The translations under genes and the position numbers were made by a program. The notes beneath the pieces are model-generated. The model saw nothing but the letters and a program-made list of their open reading frames with translations, had not been told where the DNA came from and made no database searches. Shown one piece after another: positions 28,928 through 52,079 of a stretch of DNA of 64,000 bases. Source of the DNA: the human T2T-CHM13v2.0 reference genome, Homo sapiens; the NCBI RefSeq assembly GCF_009914755.1, contig NC_060933.1. One strand, given 5' to 3'. Positions within the stretch are counted from its first letter, which is position 1, and the number at the start of each line of letters is the position of its first letter.

Positions 28928-29769
28928 TGTGCTCAGGGTCTCACCACCCAGACATGGTCTAGTCTAGTCCACCCATGTGGTTCCTGCCTCTCCAGTTTAG
29001 GGGGATGGACTGAGGCCTGGGACCATCTGTTCCCAGTGCCCTCTGCCTTCTCTCTTGTAGCATTCTTCTTTTCTCCTTCGGCACTCTCTGAAGCTCCTGT
29101 CGCCCAAAACTTCCTGCCCAGAACTAACACTTCTCATTTAACAAACACTTGGATGAGACTAACTGTGTATAAGCCCAGTTCCTGCCCACAGGTGCTTTGC
29201 GTGGAGAACGGCCCGCTGAAGCAGCATCGACCAGGAAGCACCATGAGACACATGTCAGGGCTCTCCCTGCCTAGGCCCTAATTTGTGTCCCACTAAATGG
29301 GGCCATGATCAGAACTGTGAGTTCCCAGCAGAGGGTGGAGGTGGAGATGCCACACTGGGGCTGAGCTAAGACACCACCAAGGAGGAGCTGGCAGCAGAAG
29401 GCTGAGTCCCAGGATCCCCTGTGTACTTAGCTTACACAAATTTGAGTGTAGATTCTTCCTTTTCTTTCCTTTTTTTTTTTTTTAAAGACTGAAATTTTTG
29501 TATTTATTGAATGGACCATTCCATTTTTCTCTATTTTTTTTCTTTTTTTAATTATACTTTAAGTTTTAGGGTACATGTGCACAACATGCAGGTTTGTTAC
29601 ATATATATACATGTGCCATGTTGGTGTGCTGCACACATTAACTCGTCATTTAACATCAGGGATATCTCCTAATGCTATCCCTCCCCCCTCCCCCCACCAC
29701 ACAACAGGCCCCCGGTGTGTGATGTTCCCCTTCCTGTGTCCATGTGTTTTCACTGTTCAATTCCCATCT

Positions 29770-33600
<3,831 letters not shown>

Positions 33601-33660
33601 GATGTTAGCTGGTGATTTTGCCCGTTAGTTGATGCAATTTCTTTCTAGCATCGATGGTCT

Positions 33661-34673
33661 TTACAATTTGACATGTTTTCGCAGTGGCTGGTACCAGTTT
33701 TTCCTTTCCACGTTTAGTGCTTCCTTCAGGAGCTCTTTTAGGGCAGGCCTGGTGGTGACAAAATCTCTCAGCATTTGCTTGTCTGTGAAGTATTTTATTT
33801 CTCCTTCACTTATGAAGCTTAGTTTGGCTGGATATGAAATTCTGGGTTGAAAATTCTTTCCTTTAAGAATGTTGAATATTGGCCCCCACTCTCTCCTGCC
33901 TTGTAGAGTTTCTGCTGAGAGATCAGCTGTTAGTCTGCTGGGCTTCCCTTTGTGGGTAACCTGACCTTTCTCTCTGGCTGCCCTTAACATTTTTTCCTTC
34001 ATTTCAACTTTGGTGAATCTGACAATTATGTGTCTTGGAGTTGCTCTTCTCGAGGAGTATCTTTTTGGCATTCTCTGTATTTCCTGAACCTGAATGTTGG
34101 CCTGCCTTGCTAGATTGGGGAAGTTCTCCAGGATAATATCCTGCAGAGTGTTTTCAAACTTGGTTCCATTCTCCCTGTCACTTTCAGGTACACCAATCAG
34201 ATGTAGATTTGGTCTTTTCACAAGTCCCATTTTTCTTGGAGGCTTTGTTTGTTACTTTTTATTCTTTTTTCTCTAAACTTCTCTTGTCACTTCATTTCAT
34301 TCATTTGCTCTTCCATCACTGATACCCTTTCTTCCAGTTGATCGAATTGGCTACTGGGGCTTGTGCATTCATCACGTAGTTCTCGTGCCGTGGTTTTCAG
34401 CTCCATCAGGTCCTTTAAGGACTTCTTTGCATTGGTTATTCTAGTTAGCCATTCATCTAATATTTTTTCAAGGTTTTTAACTTCTTTGCCATGGGTTCGA
34501 ATTTCCTCCTTTAGCTCGGAGTAGTTTGATCGTCTGAAGCCTTCTTCTCTCAACTCGTCAAAGTCATTCTCTGTCCAGCTTTGTTCCATTGCTGGTGAGC
34601 TGCATTCCTTTGGGGGAGGAGAGGTGCTCTGATTTTTAGAGTTTCCAGTTCTTCTGCTCTGTTTTTTCCCCAT
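33661..34673 (-). pseudogene. L1 ORF1p, frameshifted
   Basis: MGKKQSRRTGNSK... (34287..34673) and ...KRPNLHLIGVPE... (33661..34230) lie in different frames. Confidence 0.95.
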
Positions 34674-35248
34674 CTTTGTGGTTTTATCTACCTTTGGTCT
34701 TTGATGATGGTGATGTACAGATGGGGTTTTGGTGTGGATGTCCTTGCTGTTTGTTAGTTTTCCTTCTAACAGTCAGGACCCTCAGCTGCAGGTCTGTTGG
34801 AGTTTGGTGAAAGTCCACTCCAGATCCTGTTTGCCTGGGTATCTGCAGCGGAGGCTGCAGAACAGCAGATATTGGTGAACAGCAAATATTGCTCCCTGAT
34901 CATTCCTCTGGAAGTTTTGTCTCAGAGCAGTACCCGGCTATGTGAGATGTCAGTCTGCCCCTCCTGGGGGGTGCCTCCCAGTTAGGCTACTCGGGGGTCA
35001 GGGACCCACTTGAGGAGGCAGTCTGTCCATTCTCAGATCTCCAGCTGTGTGCTGGGAGAACCACTACTCTCTTCAAAGCTGTCAGACAGGGACATTTAAG
35101 TCTGCAGAGGTTTCTGCTGCCTTTTGTTTGGCTGTGCCCTGCCCCCAGAGGTGGAGTTTACAGAGGCAGGCAGGCCTCCTTGAGGTGCGGTGGGCTCCAC
35201 CCAGTTCAAGCTTCCTGGCTGCTTTGTTTACCTACTCAAGCTTCAGCA

Positions 35249-36198
<950 letters not shown>

Positions 36199-36306
36199 TG
36201 AGTGTGTATTTCTAACTAAATTAATGAGAACGAGAGAGAAAAAAATATAAATTTATATAACATAAGTGATTCTGCCTGCCATTCCAATCTACATGTGCAT
36301 CCTCTT

Positions 36307-36887
36307 GTGACAGACTGACTCTACTAAGTGCTTAGCTGATGGCCCCCTACCTATTCCTGTCGTTGCTAGTCAAGATCCTGTTTCATTCCTTTTTTCATCC
36401 TCCAGGTGGCCACATCCTCAGGGAAGGCTGAGACCTTCCTCAACCCAGGGTTTATTCTTGGTTCATTAACTCCAAGCCAGTTTTGATGATTCTATTCCCT
36501 TTCCCTTATTGGTTTAGGAGTAGGTTTATGCTGTATTTTTGATCAGTGAGACTTTGGGGGTTCAGCTTTGGTGAGGGGTAGGGGGTGCTTTGGGGAAAGC
36601 TTCTTTTTTCTTAAAAAGGGAGGAGAGGAGAATCCTCCCTTTTCCTGTCTCTGAACATTTTAATGACACATGGAACTTCTGTGTCCATCTTGGGACATCA
36701 GAGAAAAGCCAGGAGAATTGCAGAGAGGTCAAACTGAGGCCATCAGGGCATTGAGCCACTGAATTAGCCACCTCTGGTGCCATACTACCTTGGGACTTGT
36801 TATATGAGCCAATCAATCCTCTGTTGTTTAATGCCCCATTAAATAATCTTTCTACCACCTGCAGGTAAAAGCATTCTAAATGATACA
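36307..36887 (+). mobile_element. LTR16-like ERVL LTR
   Basis: tgtgacagac start and gcattctaaatgataca end; degenerate. Confidence 0.55.
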
Positions 36888-37205
36888 GTATGAGGATGAC
36901 TGTTCCCACAGTTGGTCTCAGCATCTTGTATCTCTCAAAATCTGAGCATCAACAAATCCCAAGAAATTCTAGAGTTTCAAGATACATATTTTTGTACAAC
37001 ATGATTCTTAGTACAAGCCAGCAACATCATCTGGTATTTAACATGAGAAAAGGAGGTCTGTTCCTAAGCTGGAACTTTTGGGTTTTAGTGAGGTATGACA
37101 CTATATTGTACTTATTGGGAGATTTAAGGAATTTTCAAGGGGAGTTTTGACTATGCAAACTTCTGCCTTTTCTCTTTAGAACCTAATCCTTTTCTGAGAT
37201 GCCAC

Positions 37206-37836
37206 TGTAGGGAACTGAAAGGAACTTTCCCTTTCACCCTGTGAAGGTTCACTGAAAAATCAACTCACGAAAGGCTAATAATTGGTGGAAAGACGTATAA
37301 ATTTATTTAACATGTGCATGGGAGCCTTCAGAAGGAATACCCAAAGATAGAGGTGAAATTGCCCATTTTTGTACTTAGTTTCAACAAAGTTTGGACAGCC
37401 ATGTAGATCTAAAAAGGATATAATCTAATGTTAATAGACAGTGAGGAAACCCAGCAAGGCCTGTCTGTCTAGATTCTTCTTCAGCATGCATCCTCTAAGC
37501 ATGCATTCCTTCCTTCTGAGTGTGAGGCAGGACCCCTTCTGGAATGGGGGCCTTATGACTATAGTCAAATTAGGTAGGTCAGATAATTTTTCATGGCCAG
37601 TTGTTACACAGAAAGGTGGTGGGAAAGTTTGAGTTATACCTGTAGGTTTTGTGGCTGGCTCTGGGGGAATAAAGTGTTCTGGTTTCTGTGACTACCCTTT
37701 GGGGAACAGGGGTTCTAGTTTCTACGGCTAGCCCTGGGGAAGAATGAGAATGAGAGACAGGAGGACAGAAGAATGTCAGAGAAAAACTGTTGTTTCTGAG
37801 GTTTTCATTTTAGGGTATGTTTTCTGAGTCCCAACA
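37206..37836 (-). mobile_element. ERV1 MER4-group solo LTR (MER31/MER34/MER39-like)
   Basis: TG...CA termini; end ttttctgagtcccaaca is typical of this group. Confidence 0.75.
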
Positions 37837-37905
37837 CAACTAAACCGTGCAACTGGGCACAGTGGAAACAGAGAGTGGCCCAAAAGAAGTATAAAGTATG
37901 AGCCA

Positions 37906-37998
37906 TTCAAGACCAGCCTGGGCAACATGGTGAAACCTCATCTCTACAAAATTAATAATAATTATTATAATAATAATTAAATTTATTTAATAAAAAAG
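37906..37998 (+). mobile_element. 5'-truncated Alu monomer (FLAM-like)
   Basis: ttcaagaccagcctgggcaacatgg...; TSD aaagtatg(a/g)gcca. Confidence 0.85.
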
Positions 37999-38154
37999 AA
38001 AGTATGGGCCATTATAACCTGGTTGAGGAGAAAAAACTTAAATGGCAGGATTGATTTTGAGGCTAGAACACAGCAAATTTATCCAAAGGAGTCTCTATCA
38101 TGGGACTTGGAGGTTGATGGGGAAGGCGAGTCTAGAAGGACTCCTTCTTCCCAT

Positions 38155-38580
38155 GAGGCTGGGCTAGGCTATGCTGGTGTAATAAACAATCCCCAATCCT
38201 GTGGCTTCAAACAATAGCAGTTTAGTTCTCACTCATATTACATGGCCAAGGTGGGTTGCTTGTGTCTCTGTGCTGCATTGCCCTTACACTGGGGCTTAGG
38301 CTAACAGAATTGCCACTATCTAGGATTGCCAGTTGCTGTGGTAGAGGGGCAGGGTCATGTGACCAGTTCTGGCCAATGGGTGTGGGCAGCAGAGACATCT
38401 ATTACTTCTGGGCTGGAGCATTTAACTGCTGATGTAGGACACCTTGCTGCCCACATCCAATGGCCAGAACTGGTCACATGACCTCAGCAACTCTAAGGAG
38501 GCCAGGAAGTGAAATCCTGTTACATGTCTGCAAGGAGAAAGAACTGGGAATATTTGCATGAGCGGCATTAATGGCCACCA
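38155..38580 (-). mobile_element. Old MLT1 LTR with an internal inverted duplication
   Basis: MLT1 motifs; 39-bp inverted arms at 38353-38391 and 38445-38483. Confidence 0.7.
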
Positions 38581-38967
38581 GTCACCCTCTTTGTCCAGTG
38601 ATCCATCTAAAATCTGTGTAGACAATGAGCGAGAGCAAATTTCCACTCTCTTGCACATTCGGGTCCATTCAGACTTGTCTTTCTCTCTTACTCTGTTTTC
38701 ACGTGGTGGTGCCTGGTGATTACAGGGAGTGTGGGTACAGTCAGTGTCCTTCCATGCGTGCCACTCTCTCCCTCTGAGGCTTTGACCCTTTAATTTTACT
38801 TTTACTTTTATTTTATTTTTAGTACTAACCAAGGTCAGAGCTAAGGAAGTCACCCAGTGATTTTTTCTGGAATGCCATCCATTGCTGCTTCACCAGGTCT
38901 CTTTAGCCGCCTGACGCCTTCATTGTTTAGTGTTACATTGTCTCCCTTTGTTCAAAGATGCAAAGTT

Positions 38968-39301
<334 letters not shown>

Positions 39302-39924
39302 TCAAACCCTCATGGCTTCCTGCTACCAGCCCAAATCCCTCTCCCTGCAGATCCTCATGTGTGTCCCTGGCTTCTCCAGCTGGGGCCTGAACTCAGCTCC
39401 TTTGTTCTGGTGGCACACCTCTGTCTGCCCTCACATGCACTCTTCCCAACAGAAGTTAGTAGCAGAGAGGGCAGCCATGTAAGTCAACAGAGCACGCCCT
39501 GTGAATGGAGACACAGATGTTGGCGCTAAGGAATTGGAGCCTGGGCTAATGGACTTATTCCTCTGACTGTGCAGCTAGGTGAGAGGGTGTATAAAAAGCA
39601 ATACAAAAAATGTTATGGTGGTTGATTTCATTTATTTCTGAGAGGTCTTTATAAAACTGTCCCTGATGGATATTTATAAACATAACCTCAGCTACAAGTA
39701 GACAGGTCTCAATTTCTCCTATCGCAGGGAAATGCAAACTTATTCTCTTCTTTCCTCAAGGTTTGGTCTTGTATTTTAAAAATGGAATAAAGATTGTAGT
39801 AATGTTGCTAGGGATTATAGGAATAATATAAATGTAATTTCTCTTCTCAAAGACATTATAAGTAAGAATTTCAGCAAAGGGAGAAGAGGAATGTAAGAGG
39901 AAAATGGTTGTTTGAAAGTGCAGT

Positions 39925-40790
<866 letters not shown>

Positions 40791-41551
40791 TTTTTCCCCA
40801 AGTTCTTAGGTCAGATTCTTTATATAGGTTCTTCCCCTACAACCAGAGGAAACTGTGTTTTTATAACTAATAATAGAAATACATCAGCCTAGAATATGTG
40901 TCTTTTACAATTGAACATCTAAGCTTTGCAAATGTTGGTGCTATAGTTATAAACCATGGATGTTAGTCGAGGGGAAACTCTTCTCCGGAACTCAAACATG
41001 AAAGCTGATGTTAAAAGTCATTGCTAAAATTCTAGAGCTGAGGGGATTACAAATCAGCATTCTAAGCTATCCTCCTACCCACTGGTCCAATGCATTACAT
41101 GTTGGCAGAATGGAAATCATTTTGGAAAAGGGAAGTGGCATTTTCAGATGTATAAACATCTTCCTATAAAGAAGTGTCTGTCATTTTCTATCTCCAAGTT
41201 CTCAAGAAGACAGGGTCTCCTGCCCCTTGGTATCCAAATAAAATTGGCCTGTAGTCTACTGTGCGCAGTGTGTGGGTTAAGTGCTTTCTCCAAGATTCTT
41301 AGCATTGTGTCCTCCTTCGACTCCACATTCTCCGGGAGCTCCCATGGGCACACAGCTGCTCTCTTGTTTCCATCCCCAAGTCCAAGTGGGATGTCATTCA
41401 GCTTCCAACAGACAACTCTAGCACAAGATACTGGTGTAGAACAGATCTCCACCATAGGTACGAGAGTGAGGGAAGAATTACATCATGACACAGCATAATA
41501 AATACTTTAAAATGAATTTGTAAACATTGCTGTTCTGAAAAGCCCTTTTTA

Positions 41552-41870
<319 letters not shown>

Positions 41871-42516
41871 TTATTACCCCCTGGTAATTTCTTACTGCCA
41901 ATTTTTGCCCTAATTTCTTTCAATTTCTTTCCCTCTTCTGACTGCACCTCTTCCTTCTTATCTTCCTTCTGTGATGTGGGACCCACATTTTCACACCCAA
42001 ATGGTCCATAGAGTTGCTTTGTTCTCCAAAATACAGTTTTCTCCTTGGAAGGAATTTTACCTCTAGCTTTTAAAATAACATTTCTGTTCTTACAAACTTA
42101 TCATCAGGATTAATCACATTTTTAAATTAAAATGTTATTACTAAAACACTTAAAACTAAAATAGCATTTTTAAACTAAAATGCTATGTCTGTTTTCTCTC
42201 ACTCTTGTTATGAAATGTTTCCTAATGTGAAGTGTTTTCTTGATGGAAGACTAAAATATTGAGACAACATATATATTTATGTCTCACATCTCCTTCTTAT
42301 GGCCATATAGCCTTTAATAAAGGTAGTGTTGCTTACAAAAGGAATGATTGTATAATAGCAGAGAAAAAATTCTTTCCAAAGTGAAATAATAGAGATGATA
42401 GAGATGAAAACCAACACTTGTGAATGAAACTTTTATATGCAGAATTATATTAGCATAGTTAAAGGTAAAAATACTTGATCCATAATGATTTTCATTTATA
42501 ATTTTGGTTATAGATT

Positions 42517-42890
42517 GTATCTATTAACTATTGTTACAATAATGCTGCTTGACAAACCATCCCAAAACTCATTGGCTTTCGTTGTCATGCATATGCAGTT
42601 GGCTGGGGCTTGGCTGATCTAGACCTGGCTTGGCTTCCAGGTGCAGATTGGATCCAGATCTGCTCCCCAGGACTCTCATCCACTTGCAGGCTGACTGGGG
42701 CTTGTCCTTCTCATGCTGTAGCAGAGTGCAAGCCTCACCTCTTAAGCCCATTTCAAACCTTTGCTTGCATTATGCCCTCTAACATCCCTTTGGCCAAAGC
42801 AAACATCAGTGAGACAGGGAAGATCATTTCTCCCACAGCAGGAGAGGAGGAGAATGAATATTTGCTGAACAGTAATTCAGACTCTTACAT
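42517..42890 (-). mobile_element. Old MLT1-family LTR
   Basis: aataatgctgc...aaaccatcccaaaactca, ttggccaaagca motifs. Confidence 0.6.
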
Positions 42891-43479
42891 AAGTGAAGTA
42901 TCATCTGATTGTCCATCATGCCCAACATCTGTGTCTCTCTGCCAGCCAAATCCAACAGGTATCAAAAGTGGCTTAAAGCAGGAGGGGTTATTAGTCGGTT
43001 AAAAGCAAAGCATGTCAAGGAAATAATCTATTCATGTAGGAGCAAAGATTTTTCTTCTATAAACTTGCATTTAAGATAAAGCTGACAATCTCCTTGCAGC
43101 AATTCCTTGAGAAGAAAGTGTAGAACAAGGCACAACACTCCTCTGACCCAATTCCTGCAACCTAGTCAGAGAGGACAACTATTTGCACCATGAATTGAAT
43201 TATAGCCAAACAGGTCTTGAGTAATTCATTGTGCATATATCCTATGAAATGAAGCTCTCAAGGACCCAGAATGTAAACTTTAAAAAGTAACCAGTGTTAA
43301 TACATTAAAATTTCATTAATTTCGTATTAATTTACTTAAAGCATCATGTAATTTCAAGTAATTATTAGTCATTCATCACCTTTTGTTCAGTTGATTCTTA
43401 CTAGAAATGCTGGAGTATGGCAATCTTACACATCTCTGGGTTCTTGATTTAGCACAGAGGCTGGTAGAGTACATCTCAT

Positions 43480-43665
43480 GGGACAAACTAGCTGTTTTTG
43501 TAAATAAAGTTTTATTGGAACATACTCATGCCCATTTGTTTCTATGTTGTCTGTAGCTGCTTTCACTCTACAAGGGCAGATTGAGAAGTTGCAACAGAAA
43601 TGCTATGAACTCAAAGCCTAAAATATTTACTATGTGACGAGCAGAAGAAAGATGGCCAATCCTGA
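43480..43665. mobile_element. MER58A-like DNA transposon fragment
   Basis: tttttgtaaataaagttttattggaacat...aaagcctaaaatatttact. Confidence 0.75.
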
Positions 43666-44013
43666 TTTAACATAATGCTAGACAGTTGAAATTTTGGAAT
43701 TTGGGTTATTCACACAGTTCTGGGATGAATATTGTTCTTGAGCTATCCTTAGATAACTATCTAAATACTTAGAGAAAAGTATTTTTTTAGGAAAATCAAT
43801 AATGTAAACAAATATTACACAGATAATTTTAACCTCCTTAAGAAAATAATCTTTTTAATACATTAGGTTATGAGCACTTATTTCTAAACAGTTATTATAC
43901 CAATCATAAAATTTGTATTTGCTTGTTAAAGGAGACTCTGAAAAACTCTATCAAATATTGCTTTATTAACCTTTAAGGAGATGATTATTCTTGCAATAAA
44001 CCTACGGTTTTTA

Positions 44014-44342
<329 letters not shown>

Positions 44343-44396
<54 letters not shown>

Positions 44397-44400
44397 TATA
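44343..44400. repeat. (TA)n(CA)n microsatellite
   Basis: Direct. Confidence 0.95.
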
Positions 44401-44860
44401 TCTTGCCATTTCTTCAAACTTTTCACCAATGTAGATCATTTTAACTCTATTCACGTACATAACTGCATCTGAATTAGTACAATTTTACTATATTGTGTTT
44501 AAAGATATTTCAAAACACCACACTGGCCCCTGATCTTTTCTTTGATATTAGAAAAAACAAAATCTTGTGTCTTGCCGGATGTCCACTCTTGGAGACAATC
44601 GGGTAGCTTTAGAAGAAAGAAACATTAGCATTTCTAAAGACTTGGAGAGAGAACATGGGCAGATTTTAAAAGTGACGACACATTCTTAGTTATTTCCAGT
44701 AGATATATTGAGAACACAGAAAAATCTGGAGTCATATCTATTGGGTATTGAATTAGATGTGTGTATTTCTGTGTTCTGGGATTCACTTTAAAGCCCCAAA
44801 TGAGTCTCAATATGAGGCCTGAACTGGAGAAGAAGAAGAGTTCGTGGAGAAGAACAGAAG

Positions 44861-45180
44861 GGTGGCTTACACCTGTAATCCCAACACTGGGAGGCCAAGG
44901 TGGGTGGATCACCGGAGGTCAGGAGTTCGAGACCAGCCTGGGCAACATGGTGAAATCCCCATCTCTACTAAAAATACAAAAATTAGTCAGGTGTGGTGGC
45001 GGGTGCCTGTAATCCCATAATCCCAGTTACTTGGGAGGCTGAGGCAGGAGAATTGCTGAGGCAGGAGGCGGAGGTTGCAGTGAGCCGAGATCATGCCATT
45101 GCACCCCAGCCTAGGCAACAAGAGTGCAACTTGGTCTCAATAAATAAATAAATAAACAAACAAATAAATAAAAATGAAAA
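44861..45180 (+). mobile_element. Alu (slightly 5'-truncated)
   Basis: Dimer with an (AAAT)n tail. Confidence 0.93.
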
Positions 45181-45415
45181 GAAGAAGACGAAGAGTTCAT
45201 CCCAGCCTCTTCTCCACCCTGGGCTAGGAATAGCTCTCTATAAGATATAGGATTTAGACAATGGATCCTAAATTGGAGATTAGGTAAAAACAAAAGAAGT
45301 GCTCCAGGACTACACTTCTGAAAGGAAGTTTTCCTAGCCCAGTAACTGCAAGATAGGTATAGAGCTATAGGTCATCATCAGCTCCCTTTACAAGTCACAT
45401 GGGATTGTAATCTGA

Positions 45416-45616
<201 letters not shown>

Positions 45617-45749
45617 TAAAGGCAGCCGATGGCAGGTTTTTCTGGGGGCAAAATGAACACTACCAATCCACCTTGCTAGAGTTCTCTCTCTACTCCCTGA
45701 GGTCTTAGGGAGGCAACCGTACATAAGATTTTCTGAAATTTGGGATCTG

Positions 45750-45791
45750 GTCTACAGCCGTACCACCCTGAATATGCCCGACCTCGTCTGA
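45750..45791 (+). pseudogene. 5S rRNA 5' fragment (nt 1 to about 42), tailless retropseudogene
   Basis: gtctacagccgtaccaccctgaatatgcccgacctcgtctga resembles 5S GTCTACGGCCATACCACCCTGAACGCGCCCGATCTCGTCTGA; flanked by 15-bp TSD gaaa(t/c)ttgggatctg. Confidence 0.92.
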
Positions 45792-46399
45792 AACTTGGGA
45801 TCTGGATTAGGAAACTGCTTGAAAACCAGAATCTAAGATGTGATTTCCAATGGGCCTGTCGTAGGGTCTTCAGTGAATATCTACACGTAAGCTATTTGTA
45901 AATGGTAACCCCAGTGGGCACAGTGGAGCAAATCTGAAAATTCTGATCTGAGAATTCAGGCCCCACTGTGCATTGTGAGGAAAGGTCAGAGAGGCATAAA
46001 GTAGCTTTGATCTTGGCTCAAGATTTCCACTGATGTCAGCAGGAAGGCAGCACATGGCCCACTCCAGCTGAAACACTAATGGCCAAAGGTTTACAAAATG
46101 AGTCATCTAGAAATCCACTTAACTATCACTGTTCAAATTAAATGCATCAATTTGTAAGCACTGGCCAGAATAAAGAATCTGTAGCAAAAGTTATCAGAGG
46201 TGCAACCATTTCCCCTCTGTTACGGGATTAAACACAAAGGAATGATCTTCCTCTCTTAGAACTCTGCTAACATATTAGTTAACAAAGGATGGGGGTGGGA
46301 GGGCTTTCTAACATTCTTGCTTGAATGATTATAATTTGAATATATGCTACTTATGAATTTTTCTTTGAAAAATAAGAAGTAATGTCTTATTTTATATAG

Positions 46400-46698
<299 letters not shown>

Positions 46699-47152
46699 AA
46701 CTGGAGATATTTCTCTCCTGGATCTATTAGTAGAAGTTGTACAAAAGAATATACAGCATGGATTTATTCAAGTTTTCTTTTGTAATGTGAAGGCTAAACT
46801 TGTGTTGTCTATGTTACAAATGGTAGAGAAAGCAAGCAAATGTTACCATAGTAAAGCTAAATGAAAGATAGGATAGTAGCCTGATTAGTCAAAAAGTCAA
46901 CTAATCTAAGTGGTAACTATCCAGTGCTGAAAGAACTATCACTACGTTTAGCAGAATTTGTAAGACAATAATATAAATTGCAATGACATGTTGGTGTTTT
47001 ATTGGCTATTATTGCAATGATTGACAAGTTTCAGTCTATGACCACATTGGACGAAGGGGAATGGGTGCCAATAGTAAAACCTGTTGGATTTAGATTTGTT
47101 ATCTCAAAATCTGTTATCATCTGGAGAATTAGTTTTTGAGAAGAGTTGCTAG

Positions 47153-47572
<420 letters not shown>

Positions 47573-47859
47573 TAATAGAAGCAAGTCTTGTCCAAATCCC
47601 ATTTGATAAGATTGCTACTTAACCAGGCTACTCATCCATGGTACCAGGATCTTGACTGAAGTTGTATTTGGGTCCCTCTAGTTTAGACATCATTCTCGAT
47701 CTCCGTTTCTTTTTCTTTTAATGAATACCTGAAAATTTCTCACAAGAAAAGATTTCTTTTACCCCTGCCCTACCCCAGGAAGATTTTTCATCCATAAGAA
47801 CTGAACTCATTCTGAGGAATAAATACCATACACTTTAAATAGTTGAGCAAAATAGAAAT

Positions 47860-48162
<303 letters not shown>

Positions 48163-48445
48163 AGCAAAATAGAAATATATTTAAACACATCAATAAACCC
48201 CTACAAATATTCTAGAGTTCTTCTCTTAATGCCAGTTCCTTCTCACTAAGGAATTTGTGAATTTTCTAGGTGGATATAACTACAGAAAATGCTTGTTTCT
48301 ATCTTCTCCTTTAGGATTCCCAATTACGGAGCAGTCATTGACTTTTTTCCTTTGGGTATAAGTTGTTTCCCACCCCACATTGCCTTACATAACCATGATG
48401 TCTTTGTATCTAAATGAAAGTATTATTTTTTCTGCTCCACTTCGT

Positions 48446-49500
<1,055 letters not shown>

Positions 49501-49804
49501 ATTATTTTTTTTCTCTCTGTATATAACTGCCTGGAGCTCATTAAGCACAGACTCCCCCTCTTACATTTAGCTATAGCTATTCCTACTTCTAATAGCTACT
49601 TTATATATCCTTGCAATATCAGCTATTCCTGCCTTTTGCCTGAGAAAACAAAATATTCTGTTAATAAAACCTGATACACTGACACTTTTCAAGGGAAATA
49701 TCAGCAGAAATTACAAAGATAGTTGGGTTTCTTCCATATTGCTCTTCTTGTGATAAAGGTGTCTATTTTAGTATTTATAAATTTTCTTTCTGAAAAAGGA
49801 ATAC

Positions 49805-50303
<499 letters not shown>

Positions 50304-50304
50304 A

Positions 50305-51003
<699 letters not shown>

Positions 51004-52079
51004 CTCAGATTCTGCCAAGAATCACACCTATGCTTCTTGAGTGCAAATGCCATAGAGGCTGATAAACCAATATTACGAAGATCCACATAATTTTCTTATT
51101 TTACTCTACTTACCCTTATAAATTGTTTTTTACCTGTTCTTGTTTTGGGAGAACCACTAACTTTTTTCAGCCTATATTTATCATCCTTCACTGGAAGAAA
51201 AGGGTAGCTGTATCTCAGAATAGCTTCTATTTTATATCCTATTCTGTTTTGTTGCTTGTCCAGACATTGAATTTAAAAAAAAAAAAAAACAGGTATGGAT
51301 CAGTATTTCTTGAAATGCCTGACCCTGAGAATCACCTGCAGCAATGTAGAAAACAACAATAACACAGCTTGCCAGACATCTTTCAGAATTCAGATTCAGA
51401 AGACCTGGGCTTGAGAATTAGCATTTTTAATAAGTGCTCCAAGTAACTTTCATGATTAGTTTCAGAAAATCTTGTCTTAGCACACCACTAATGCAGTCTG
51501 GGGGTGGCAATGTGAGCCCTACTATTGCTCTTGGCTCTCCAGTTGTCCAACCAATCTGAGGCAGGATTTGGATACTTCCCTATTCAGTGCCCTTTGATTA
51601 CTTCCCATTTCAACACTGAATAAGCCTCAGGCTTCCCCTGCCTTCTAGACTTTCTTACTCTTAACTTCAGTTTCATTTTTAGCATTGTCTTTCACTGTGT
51701 CTCTCTCTGTACCCATTCTTGCCCTCTTTATCCGGTCTACTTGTAGCCTGGATACTGTAGCTTTCTTTTTAAAAAGCTGAGTTGAGCTTTGCACGGTGGT
51801 GGGAAGATTGCTTGAGCCCAGGATTTCAACCCTAGCCTGGGCAACATACTGAGACTCCATCTCTAAAAAAATAAATGAAAAGATCAAGCTGATAATATCC
51901 CTCTGCTAAGGCCCTGCTGGCCTTCCCATGGCTCCTGGAACAAAGACCAACTCTTGCAGGCACTGTGTTTTTTAAAAGCCCCTGGCTTTCATTCACTTCT
52001 CCCTTGATCTTCCTGCTCTCCCTCTCTCTTTATATTCACATCTTTGGCTCAAATATTCCCTCCTCCAGTGGCACATTCT

